From a virus (lineage: Duplodnaviria > Heunggongvirae > Uroviricota > Caudoviricetes), in IMG/VR virus record IMGVR_UViG_3300042256_000013, positions 64,001-128,000 of that record: a stretch of DNA of 64,000 nucleotides; one strand, 5' to 3'. The notes beneath the pieces were generated by a model, which did no database searches, was not told the origin of the DNA, and was given only the letters and a program-made list of their open reading frames with translations. Of this stretch, positions 8,864 to 16,246 are shown one piece after another. Each line of letters starts with the position of its first letter. The first letter of the stretch is position 1. The translations under genes were made by a program, and so were the position numbers.

Positions 8864-9076
8864 TTACAACCTGTTCAGGGCTATAATATCAAAATGTGTA
8901 TCTGGCATTTTATGTAGTTCTTTTAAGATATTCTGAACCTCATAAATGTCATCTAATTCTGTTTCAGTACTGATAATATGTGAATCAAATTCTTCAGTAC
9001 GTCCTGAACCTTCTGACTCCCACCTTATACCACGATAATAAGTGTACTGATAGCGTACAAAGTACGTGAACATCAT
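8864..9076 (-). CDS. Hypothetical protein
   Basis: 70 aa ORF. Confidence 0.7.
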   Translation of the reverse strand: MMFTYFVRYQYTYYRGIRWESEGSGRTEEFDSHIISTETELDDIYEVQNILKELHKMPDTHFDIIALNRL

Positions 9077-9582
9077 TTACCCTTAAACACGTCACGTGTT
9101 GCATCGCGTTCTTCATTTACATTCAGTAGACCACGATACGCCATACACCCTTGAATAAATCCAAGCCAACGTTGTTTTTTGGTTTCAGACATATCATCGT
9201 CTGATAACTTCTTTAACATCCAGGCAATATGAGTATCACGTAACGGTTCATCTGAATTTTCAATTGGTTCGCAATTTAAAAGATCAAAATAACGTTGACG
9301 AATATCAGGATAAAAATCACCATGAATTGGTTTGCTCTGTTCTTTAACTTTCAAGAACAAACGGTAATAGTAATTAATATCAAATGAATATAATTCAAAA
9401 TCAACATCATCCAATGTATCATTAAATAGATTTTCAAGAATAAACTGTACTTGTTTTGAAATATTTAACGTACCAGATTGATACATGTATGTAAGATGCG
9501 ACCGATCTTTAAAATACATGTTAAATACACTTTCTGCTTTTTCATATGCTGCGTTAGTCATATTACCCACCGAATCGTTCAT
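9073..9582 (-). CDS. Hypothetical protein (KKQRWLGFIQG motif)
   Basis: 169 aa ORF. Confidence 0.75.
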   Translation of the reverse strand: MNDSVGNMTNAAYEKAESVFNMYFKDRSHLTYMYQSGTLNISKQVQFILENLFNDTLDDVDFELYSFDINYYYRLFLKVKEQSKPIHGDFYPDIRQRYFDLLNCEPIENSDEPLRDTHIAWMLKKLSDDDMSETKKQRWLGFIQGCMAYRGLLNVNEERDATRDVFKGK

Positions 9583-9814
9583 TCAACCGACGCATAACTT
9601 CGTCAATGAATTCCACTGCTTTCTCTGGTGGCAAGTTATCAGGTAGAGTCATACGAAACATACCTTCATCTTCGCCAGAATCAATCATTCTCTGAACCAT
9701 TTCTTCGATTTGGTTAGTGAAATCATCGATTGATACAGGTTTAATACCAGCTTGTGCTTGTTCCATTTTCTGTACTTCTTTGAAATAAGCGAAATGCATA
9801 AACTCACGTGCCAT
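9563..9814 (-). CDS. Hypothetical protein
   Basis: GAGGA RBS before MAREF. Confidence 0.7.
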   Translation of the reverse strand: MAREFMHFAYFKEVQKMEQAQAGIKPVSIDDFTNQIEEMVQRMIDSGEDEGMFRMTLPDNLPPEKAVEFIDEVMRRLNERFGG

Positions 9815-9844
9815 ATCAGTGTTCCTCATTTTGAGAATAAAGAC

Positions 9845-9899
9845 TAGAATCTATTGTTTTTCATATAATCGAATGAGTAAGAGTTGCTGTTAGATTCTA
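9845..9899 (-). ncRNA. CAGCA-module RNA, stand-alone
   Basis: TAGAATCTA-ACAGCAA...AAACAA-TAGATTCTA. Confidence 0.7.
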
Positions 9900-9905
9900 A
9901 AATTG

Positions 9906-10232
9906 TTATTTGGTCTTAAGTTCTGCGACGATAGCAGTAACTAAGTCCGGTGTAAAATCAATGCCGAAAACTTCGGAATAATGTTTTACTGTACCTTCAT
10001 AACCATATCGCTTTTCGTTCAAGCGATAACGCAATTCCATAATTGCATTGTCATAGTTGAACCAAGGATTGTTCTGACTCGCATGTAAGCGACCCCAATC
10101 AGTCAATGGTACGAAACCTTCATCAGCAGACTTTCCCCGAAGAATATTATAGATAATATGTTCGTGTACAGTGTGCTCTTTCTCAAGTTTCCAGGTTGTT
10201 GTTACAGTAATGAATTGTTCTTTGTTTAACAT
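9906..10232 (-). CDS. Hypothetical protein
   Basis: 108 aa, HIIYNILRG. Confidence 0.75.
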   Translation of the reverse strand: MLNKEQFITVTTTWKLEKEHTVHEHIIYNILRGKSADEGFVPLTDWGRLHASQNNPWFNYDNAIMELRYRLNEKRYGYEGTVKHYSEVFGIDFTPDLVTAIVAELKTK

Positions 10233-10347
10233 AGTATGTTCCTTTTGGATAGTAATTAATTTAGTGTTTTGTTCTGAATTAATTGTATCCGGTGGACCAG
10301 TACTGAATTTCTATAGCATCATAAGATTTACCTTTTGTTTATTAAAT

Positions 10348-10424
10348 TAGAGCGAGTACTCGGATTCGAACCGAGGTGTGCGACTTGGAAGGACGCCATA
10401 TTGGGCCAACTATATGATACCCGC
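10348..10424 (-). tRNA. tRNA-Gly(TCC)
   Basis: GCGTC-CTTCCAA-GTCGC; ends T-CTA. Confidence 0.92.
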
Positions 10425-10459
10425 AGTTTGTACTGCCGCTCTCAGTACTGTATATACTT

Positions 10460-10565
10460 GATTATTACAATCCGACCTATACAGGTGCATCGCGGTTCCC
10501 GTCATATAATTTTGCAAGCTGGGGGAATCATACAAGCTTGTTTCACACAGGAAGTGAATGAAATC
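10460..10565 (-). ncRNA. Candidate structured RNA
   Basis: Non-coding; TTCAC/GTGAA and CAAGCT/AGCTTG hairpins, possible TTCCC/GGGAA pseudoknot. Confidence 0.35.
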
Positions 10566-10569
10566 TTTA

Positions 10570-10833
10570 TTAAATTATTGTTTCGCTAACATCTACGTTA
10601 TATACAGTGTAATATACTTCGTAGTCACGATTCTTGTTTTGATAATGTTCAGTAAACTTACGTTCAGCATCTTCCATATCAATTGCGTATACAATATTTG
10701 TTCTTTCAACCCGTTTTGAACTTTCACCATATGGTGTTATTTCTATTGTACCCGATACCGAAAATGCAATTTTAGAACGAACACTACGGTCATCATCAAA
10801 TTGTATTGGATTAAAATCTTCGTAATTACTCAT
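10570..10833 (-). CDS. Hypothetical protein
   Basis: Start MSNYEDF after AAAGGT. Confidence 0.7.
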   Translation of the reverse strand: MSNYEDFNPIQFDDDRSVRSKIAFSVSGTIEITPYGESSKRVERTNIVYAIDMEDAERKFTEHYQNKNRDYEVYYTVYNVDVSETII

Positions 10834-10854
10834 TGTATTACCTTTACTATTAAT

Positions 10855-10929
10855 TAGCAGGCCGGAGAGGATTCGAACCTCTGATCCGAGAATCAAAATC
10901 TCGTGTGTTACCAATTACACCACCAGCCT
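10855..10929 (-). tRNA. tRNA-Gln(TTG)
   Basis: CGAGA-TTTTGAT-TCTCG. Confidence 0.93.
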
Positions 10930-10933
10930 AATC

Positions 10934-10979
10934 AAGAATCTATATATTATTCAACCGTTTTAATTGCTGGAAGATTCTT
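10934..10979 (-). ncRNA. CAGCA-module RNA, stand-alone (minimal)
   Basis: AAGAATCT-TCCAGCAA...ATAT-AGATTCTT. Confidence 0.65.
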
Positions 10980-11024
10980 TGTTTTGTTTGGATTTATATT
11001 TTAAACCGCCCAAACATTACTTTG

Positions 11025-11098
11025 CGGTCGTGCTTGGACTCGAACCAAGATAAAAGAGTTAACAGCTCTCCGTAATTAAACCTTTATACGACACAACC
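11025..11098 (-). tRNA. tRNA-Asn(GTT)
   Basis: GAGAG-CTGTTAA-CTCTT. Confidence 0.92.
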
Positions 11099-11117
11099 TT
11101 TTGTTTTTCTTAATTAT

Positions 11118-11146
11118 ATTATACCACATTTTTTTGTGGCGTTTCA
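11118..11146 (-). promoter_or_regulatory. Class-II promoter
   Basis: TGAAACG-N16-TATAAT upstream of tRNA-Asn. Confidence 0.7.
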
Positions 11147-11153
11147 TTTATTT

Positions 11154-11489
11154 TTAATCGTCGTTGCAAGAAAAAATAACTGAATCTCTTTCGGTATTAT
11201 ATTTAAAAGAATTAGAATAATTTACTATTTCACTATTCTTAATAAGAACATACAAACGTTTATTCATTACACTTAACAATTCACGTATTTCTTTAATTCT
11301 TAATGGAGTACCATTTATTTCAGAAATGAATTCAACATATCTGATATTATCAATTTTATTGATAATTATTTTTGTTATTGGTGTGTAATCTATATCATAT
11401 ATAAAACACATATAATCATCAGAATATTTTGATATATGATATTTTAAAATACCATCAACTGTTAATGCGTTTTTAGGTTTAGTAATCAT
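11154..11489 (-). CDS. Hypothetical protein
   Basis: 111 aa, very AT-rich. Confidence 0.65.
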   Translation of the reverse strand: MITKPKNALTVDGILKYHISKYSDDYMCFIYDIDYTPITKIIINKIDNIRYVEFISEINGTPLRIKEIRELLSVMNKRLYVLIKNSEIVNYSNSFKYNTERDSVIFSCNDD

Positions 11490-11980
11490 TTTTCTAATTC
11501 TTCTTTCAAAGAATTCACACTACTAAACAATGAATATAAGTTTGGATAATTTTTCTTCGCATATTCATCTAATGTTGAATATACAGTAATACATCTAATC
11601 TCTTTTAATAGCATAGGCACCAGGTTTGGCACTTCATCTTTGAAGATTTTAGCTGCGTCAATGACGCCATCCTGCATATAACAAGTATAAAAATTATCAA
11701 AAGTTTTATACAACAGTTTGTTAAAATATTGAGTTATGTTCTCATCAATATAAATGTTATATGGTTTATATTCACCATCTTCCAATTTATAGAATTCAAA
11801 ATTAACCGAATTAAAACTTTCTGTACCATTACCATGAACTAAAAATATGTTAGTCCATTGAGAACCCATTTCCAAGTACCATATTTTATAATATACAGTA
11901 CTGTCTAATTTTTTAACTTGTTCTTTATTATGATCATACCCATTGTTAGGATGGACCATTTTAGCATAAAAATGACTCAT
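11486..11980 (-). CDS. Hypothetical protein
   Basis: 164 aa ORF. Confidence 0.7.
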   Translation of the reverse strand: MSHFYAKMVHPNNGYDHNKEQVKKLDSTVYYKIWYLEMGSQWTNIFLVHGNGTESFNSVNFEFYKLEDGEYKPYNIYIDENITQYFNKLLYKTFDNFYTCYMQDGVIDAAKIFKDEVPNLVPMLLKEIRCITVYSTLDEYAKKNYPNLYSLFSSVNSLKEELEK

Positions 11981-12001
11981 TTTATCTCACATAATAAGGC
12001 T

Positions 12002-12059
12002 GGAATCCATTTTGATTTTCAATTAACAGTTGATTCGCTTATGGTTGCTGCTAGATTCC
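12002..12059 (-). ncRNA. CAGCA-module RNA, stand-alone
   Basis: GGAATCT-AGCAGCAA...AAAAT-GGATTCC. Confidence 0.65.
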
Positions 12060-12067
12060 AAATTTTG

Positions 12068-12301
12068 TTATTCTACGTCACGTTCCCATACGAGAACCGC
12101 AGTGTCAAGAATATTTACATCACCATAATATGTTTCTAATGTATATGGGAATGTCAAATTTTCTTTTATAAATCGGTCAGGATTAGTCCAAATATGTTTT
12201 AGTAAATCAGAAACTACCATAACGTTAGTACCATTAAGTACCCCTACGTAATCATCATCTCGATTTTCACGCTGTAACAAATACATTTTTATATTTTTCA
12301 T
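12068..12301 (-). CDS. Hypothetical protein
   Basis: 77 aa ORF with AAGG RBS. Confidence 0.7.
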   Translation of the reverse strand: MKNIKMYLLQRENRDDDYVGVLNGTNVMVVSDLLKHIWTNPDRFIKENLTFPYTLETYYGDVNILDTAVLVWERDVE

Positions 12302-12327
12302 ATCAAACCTTTTAGTTTAATTAAAGC

Positions 12328-12383
12328 TAGAATCTATTGTTTTTTTCTATATCCGAGAAGTTTTTAATTGCTGTTAGATTCTA
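12328..12383 (-). ncRNA. CAGCA-module RNA, stand-alone
   Basis: TAGAATCTA-ACAGCAA...AAACAA-TAGATTCTA. Confidence 0.7.
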
Positions 12384-12500
12384 AATGAGTACAAATTGAG
12401 TTTAAAGAAGTCTTTTCAAGAGACTAATACGTATTCTATTCTGACCTAATAGGATAACATGCTATCCGTGTCACACCATAGTACGCCTGGTGAATTTGAT
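12384..12500 (-). ncRNA. Candidate multi-hairpin RNA
   Basis: CACCA/TGGTG, GGATAGC/GTTATCC and AGTCT/AGACT hairpins in series. Confidence 0.35.
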
Positions 12501-12507
12501 TAATACT

Positions 12508-12620
12508 GGAATTTATTTCTTTTTGAGGCGGCTGCTCTCCCACTGAGCTACAGTACAAGTACTGGCAGGACTCGAACCTGCGACATGCTGCGTGATAGAA
12601 GTTAGTTGCTGTTAAATTCC
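12508..12620 (-). ncRNA. Circularly permuted tRNA mimic (YrlA/Y-RNA-like)
   Basis: GGAATTT-AACAGCAA...T arm GCAGG-TTCGAGT-CCTGC, loop-closed acceptor CAGTAC-TT-GTACTG, D arm GCTC-AGTGGGA-GAGC, ...AAATTCC. Confidence 0.85.
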
Positions 12621-12638
12621 AAATTTGTTACTACCGCA

Positions 12639-12779
12639 TTAACGTTTAGGTTGGTGCGGGTTATTACGATTCAGGGTTTCGTAACTATGATCGTTGCGAC
12701 GAGACTGATGCGGATTATTGCGATTCAGCGTTTCATAACTATGATCGTTACGTTTAGAGCTATGTGCGTTACCGGACAT
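12639..12779 (-). CDS. 46-aa peptide with tandem 16-aa repeat
   Basis: MSGNAHSSK-RNDHSYETLNRNNPHQ-SR-RNDHSYETLNRNNPHQ-PKR; AAGG RBS; absent from ORF track. Confidence 0.8.
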   Translation of the reverse strand: MSGNAHSSKRNDHSYETLNRNNPHQSRRNDHSYETLNRNNPHQPKR

Positions 12780-12808
12780 ATTATTACCTTTTGTAATTAA
12801 ATTAATAC

Positions 12809-12944
12809 AAGAATTCATCGTTTATTGGATAGCCGTGTCTACCTATTTCACCATCACTATTCGTACTGACATAGATCGTAGGACTCGAACCTACACGCCA
12901 TAAGGCCGCTATTTGGGTTAACATTTAGTTGCTGTTGAATTCTT
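12809..12944 (-). ncRNA. Circularly permuted class-II tRNA mimic (YrlA-like)
   Basis: AAGAATTCA-ACAGCAA...ATAGC, variable arm GCC-TTAT-GGC, T arm GTAGG-TTCGAGT-CCTAC, D arm GTGAAATAGGTAGACAC, GCTAT...TGAATTCTT. Confidence 0.8.
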
Positions 12945-12953
12945 TAAATTGTT

Positions 12954-13068
12954 GTCTGGAAGGACGCCACCCTTTACAACTCTCCGTAATCTAACACGAA
13001 TGAGACATGTTGTAAAGCGTTCCCTTCATATTTTTTGTCACGGTCTTCGGCGATTTTCCGTGGTCAGA
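12954..13068 (-). ncRNA. Candidate long irregular hairpin RNA
   Basis: GAAGG-ACGC-TTTACAAC / GTTGTAAA-GCGT-CCTTC plus CACGG/CCGTG. Confidence 0.4.
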
Positions 13069-13070
13069 CT

Positions 13071-13147
13071 TGGTGGGAGTAGCAGGACTCTAACCTGCGA
13101 CCTCACAATTATCAGTTGTGCGTTCTAAACGACTGAACTATACTCCC
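13071..13147 (-). tRNA. tRNA-Ile(GAT)
   Basis: CACAA-CTGATAA-TTGTG; variant T loop TTAGAGT; CCA. Confidence 0.92.
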
Positions 13148-13161
13148 ATTTTTAATGCCCG

Positions 13162-13407
13162 TTACCAGGCATAATCACCAGTACCGATACGACATTCTTT
13201 ATGACAATGACCACTCATTGCATCAAGAATATCTTCCAGTTTACTGATACGATCATCATCTTCATTCATATCAAAATACGCATAAGTTAATGCTTGATAT
13301 AAATCAACATTGTTATCGTGTGAGTTCGCATCAACGAACTTACGTGTGCTTTGCATCATATTAGCACTATTTAGGATTTCATCTACGATGGTTTCCATAG
13401 TATTCAC
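13162..13407 (-). CDS. Hypothetical protein
   Basis: 81 aa ORF. Confidence 0.7.
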   Translation of the reverse strand: MNTMETIVDEILNSANMMQSTRKFVDANSHDNNVDLYQALTYAYFDMNEDDDRISKLEDILDAMSGHCHKECRIGTGDYAW

Positions 13408-13874
13408 CTACAAGGATATGGGATAATGTTATGATGTTCTCTAAGTAACTCTATACTATGATGTATTTGCATCATATCTTCGAAGTACTTAACGAACTCT
13501 TTTATCCGTGTTATGAATTCATAACTGAACGGAACTTCTTTTAACGTACTTAATTGAAAGTGCCATTCCTCACTTATATCGTAAGGAAACCCTGAGACTG
13601 AGAATATCATATCATTATTATATTCTTGGTCTTCATCCCAATACATAGCATTGAATCTATTTTTAAGTAGATTAACCAGTACTGAGAACGTATTATTATT
13701 TTTGTCCGTCAAATAAAAATGGATTATCCCTTCTCGTGAAGAATAATGATCATTTTCATTAAAAATCACGGTATTAGATAATCCATCGATATTTGATCTA
13801 CATTGTTCCGGTACATGTAATAACGAAAGTAAATATTCTTCACCAATTTCGTATAACATATCGTATTTGCTCAT
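13404..13874 (-). CDS. EEW(H/F)FQLST-family protein
   Basis: SEEWHFQLST. Confidence 0.75.
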   Translation of the reverse strand: MSKYDMLYEIGEEYLLSLLHVPEQCRSNIDGLSNTVIFNENDHYSSREGIIHFYLTDKNNNTFSVLVNLLKNRFNAMYWDEDQEYNNDMIFSVSGFPYDISEEWHFQLSTLKEVPFSYEFITRIKEFVKYFEDMMQIHHSIELLREHHNIIPYPCR

Positions 13875-14105
13875 TTAGAATGAATCCGGTTTTGCTACGC
13901 TCCGTACTGCCGACATAAAACCTTTCTGTAGGTCAGTCTTAGCTATAGCCAGCCAACGTTTATCAATATCAGGATGATCTTCAAGTGCTTCGATCATATT
14001 GCCCACTTTAGCAGCTAAGTCCTTAATTGCGTTCATCGCATTAATTTCTTGCTGATTCAAGTCTCGATACCCTTTAATTTGTTTGTGTTGATTATCCATA
14101 ATCAT
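13875..14105 (-). CDS. acb2: Anti-CBASS protein Acb2 (cyclic oligonucleotide sponge)
   Basis: MDNQHKQIKGYRDL...RWLAIAKTDLQKGFM...AKPDSF closely matches, from recall, Acb2 MDNQHKKIKGYRDL...RWLAIGKTDIQTGMM...AQPDSF. Confidence 0.92.
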   Translation of the reverse strand: MIMDNQHKQIKGYRDLNQQEINAMNAIKDLAAKVGNMIEALEDHPDIDKRWLAIAKTDLQKGFMSAVRSVAKPDSF

Positions 14106-14123
14106 TATCTCTCAATTAATACT

Positions 14124-14179
14124 GGAATCCACAAGGTCAAAGTAAAAGTTTGATTTTTGTGTGGTTGCTGGAGGATTCC
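14124..14179 (-). ncRNA. CAGCA-module RNA, stand-alone, 5' of acb2
   Basis: GGAATCC-TCCAGCAA...TTGT-GGATTCC. Confidence 0.65.
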
Positions 14180-14186
14180 AAATTCT

Positions 14187-14402
14187 TTATTCTACGTAGC
14201 CAATAAAGCCAACGTGTTCTTTAACAGTACTTTTCTTTTTGGTTTCTTCATCATGAACTTCACGTTCAAACATTACTGGTTCCAAAAGAACAACTGCTTT
14301 TTGTGCTCCAAAGATATTGCTAACTTGTTCGTCATTCAATTCTTCAGCACTAGTATGACGACGCAATGCACCATCTACTTTGTAATAGTAATCGTAAAAC
14401 AT
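14187..14402 (-). CDS. Hypothetical protein
   Basis: 71 aa ORF, AAGGA RBS. Confidence 0.7.
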   Translation of the reverse strand: MFYDYYYKVDGALRRHTSAEELNDEQVSNIFGAQKAVVLLEPVMFEREVHDEETKKKSTVKEHVGFIGYVE

Positions 14403-14421
14403 TTTTCTTCCTTGTGTAAAT

Positions 14422-14518
14422 TGGCGGTAAAGACAGGATTTGAACCTGCGAGGCTAGGGATTACCTAACCTGGCCGCTTTCCAGGCGACTGCATTAAGCC
14501 AAGCTCTGCCACTTTACC
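14422..14518 (-). tRNA. tRNA-Ser(GGA)
   Basis: GTCGC-CTGGAAA-GCGGC, long variable arm, CCA. Confidence 0.93.
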
Positions 14519-14718
14519 TGTACTATATAAACTTATTTAGTATTTTTCTTCGCAGTAATTTCAGGCTCATTTATAATGAACATTACCTTTCTACGTTTTT
14601 CAGTACTAAGATTTGGGTATAACTGTACACCTTTTTCTTTCAAAAGTTTAAGCATTTCTTCTGGACTACGTTTCATAGTATATCCGTTGTAGTTAATAAC
14701 TAAAAAGAATAATTGATA

Positions 14719-15009
14719 TTATACATTGTTATTAATAATTTGTTTTAAACAACTATAATAGTCATTTTTTGAAATTATGGAAACATCCCAATCTTCTGCT
14801 TTTTTAGCAAAAAAGTCAGCATTATTAGAAAAACCTATCATATTGGAATATGTATAACAATCTCCACTGTTACATTTTACTGGAATTTCACGATAAGCAC
14901 ATATTCTTCCACATTTATCTTGAGCATAATATTTAGCATCTGGATGCCAACCATCACGTTTTGTCAATTCTAACATTAAAACTTTAATTAATTTCATACT
15001 CAACACCAT
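14719..15009 (-). CDS. Hypothetical protein
   Basis: 96 aa, AKYYAQDKCG. Confidence 0.65.
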   Translation of the reverse strand: MVLSMKLIKVLMLELTKRDGWHPDAKYYAQDKCGRICAYREIPVKCNSGDCYTYSNMIGFSNNADFFAKKAEDWDVSIISKNDYYSCLKQIINNNV

Positions 15010-15026
15010 GTTATTAACTTAAAAAC

Positions 15027-15085
15027 TAGAATCTATATCTTTGTTTTCACCAATTGAATAAGAGTATAGTTGCTGTTAGATTCTA
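15027..15085 (-). ncRNA. CAGCA-module RNA, stand-alone
   Basis: TAGAATCTA-ACAGCAA...TAGATTCTA. Confidence 0.7.
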
Positions 15086-15087
15086 TG

Positions 15088-15207
15088 CGACGAGTGGTGG
15101 ATTCGAACCACCGACCTGGCCATTAAAAGTGGATGAAGTATAGTTGCTGCAAAATTACATACTGTAATTTGGGGGTTCTACCTGCTCTACCACTGAGCTA
15201 ACTCGTC
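15088..15207 (-). ncRNA. tRNA-Lys(TTT)-like RNA with ~48-nt CAGCA-module insert in anticodon stem
   Basis: GACGAGT/ACTCGTC acceptor, D and T arms; GG-[insert with AAATTAC/GTAATTT-TGCAGCAA]-CCA-CTTTTAA-TGGCC. Confidence 0.85.
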
Positions 15208-15214
15208 ATTTGTT

Positions 15215-15307
15215 TGGAGGAAGATGTGGGATTCGAACCCACGGGGGGCTGTTAACCCCCGCCTGATTTCAAGTCAGGTACAATAAGCCAAGCTCTGCCA
15301 ACCTTCC
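15215..15307 (-). tRNA. tRNA-Ser(TGA)
   Basis: CCTGA-CTTGAAA-TCAGG, long variable arm, T-CCA. Confidence 0.93.
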
Positions 15308-15337
15308 AAAAAAGTACTTCTCAGTACTTTGTATACT

Positions 15338-15491
15338 GGATTCTCATTAATTGAGCAACTATCTAGCACGGCTCAATATAACTAATTACTATCTCCCTAG
15401 TCACCAGGTGGATACGAAGGGAGTTTTACTTCCGAGTATCCAATCTCATTTATGATTGATTTTAAGATTTTATTGTTTGCTGTCAGAATCC
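15338..15491 (-). ncRNA. CAGCA-module RNA with large non-tRNA cargo
   Basis: GGATTCT-GACAGCAA...AGAATCC enclosing GGATAC/GTATCC and TTGAGC/GCTCAA helices. Confidence 0.65.
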
Positions 15492-15529
15492 GGTGCTAAT
15501 TCGGTATTAATTCGGTATTAATTAAAAAC

Positions 15530-15633
15530 AAGAATCGTTGTTTTCTATCCCTACAGCCAGTAGTTAATCGGAATCGAACCGAAGGTGTTTTTCGCCAATG
15601 AAATATAAGATTTATGTTTGCTGGACGATTCTT
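15530..15633 (-). ncRNA. Permuted, reduced tRNA mimic (YrlA-like)
   Basis: AAGAATCGT-CCAGCAA...TCGG-TTCGATT-CCGA...AAAACA-ACGATTCTT. Confidence 0.75.
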
Positions 15634-15634
15634 T

Positions 15635-15711
15635 TAGCGTTCCGTAGGGGACTTGAACCCCTAGACCCCACCTTGAAAGGGTGGTGACTTTACCAATTTG
15701 TCCAACGGAAC
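15635..15711 (-). tRNA. tRNA-Glu(TTC)
   Basis: CCACC-CTTTCAA-GGTGG. Confidence 0.93.
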
Positions 15712-15717
15712 TAATTG

Positions 15718-15870
15718 TTATTCAGGTTCTTTCAATGACCATTCGGCACTTTTATCGGTACTTTTGGTAACTTCAAAACCTAATTCGGACATTACTTCAT
15801 GAAGGTTATTGTTATCAATACCACCAAGGATACGACGAACAATTACCATGTTTTCTTCTGCTGTTGCCAT
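15718..15870 (-). CDS. Hypothetical protein
   Basis: Start MATAEEN. Confidence 0.6.
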   Translation of the reverse strand: MATAEENMVIVRRILGGIDNNNLHEVMSELGFEVTKSTDKSAEWSLKEPE

Positions 15871-15895
15871 TTTAATATCCTTTATTGAAGGAACT

Positions 15896-16011
15896 GAAAT
15901 CTTTGTTTTTCTAGCCCCATGCACAGCCTACATAGCAACTTGGCTGTTGCGGATTCGAACCGCATCGTTTTTTCGCATAAAAAATAATTGTTTTGTTTGC
16001 TGTAAGATTTC
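15896..16011 (-). ncRNA. Permuted tRNA mimic (YrlA-like)
   Basis: GAAATCTT-ACAGCAA...GCGG-TTCGAAT-CCGC, ACAGCC/GGCTGT, ...AAGATTTC. Confidence 0.75.
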
Positions 16012-16078
16012 GTGTTGCTAATACTTTTATTATACCACAAATATTTGAAACAAATCAAATATTTCTTAATTAAATTCA

Positions 16079-16200
16079 GGAATCTGTTTTTATCCAGCAC
16101 CAAGCTCCCACTATTTTAATAAGGCAGATGTTCGTGGGTGGGGATTCGAACCCCGTCGTCTTGTTTTCATCAAAAGGTTTAATTTTTGCTGTAAGATTCC
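16079..16200 (-). ncRNA. Permuted tRNA mimic (YrlA-like)
   Basis: GGAATCT-TACAGCAA...GGGG-TTCGAAT-CCCC, CCCAC/GTGGG, AGCTTGGTGCT, ...AGATTCC. Confidence 0.78.
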
Positions 16201-16217
16201 GCTGCCTTATGTTCTTT

Positions 16218-16246
16218 ATTATACCAGATTTTTTTCTTTCGTTTCA
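16218..16246 (-). promoter_or_regulatory. Class-II promoter
   Basis: TGAAACG-N16-TATAAT directly upstream of the ncRNA at 16200. Confidence 0.7.

Noticed and set aside
10460-10565. Hammerhead ribozyme
   Set aside because: GAAAC is present but the CUGAUGA core and GUH cleavage triplet are missing.
15497-15523. 12-bp tandem duplication AATTCGGTATT(A)
   Set aside because: Only two copies in a spacer; likely slippage.
9845-16200. CRISPR array interpretation of the repeated GAATCT..CAGCAA units
   Set aside because: Irregular spacing, interspersed genes, divergent repeats and no cas genes.
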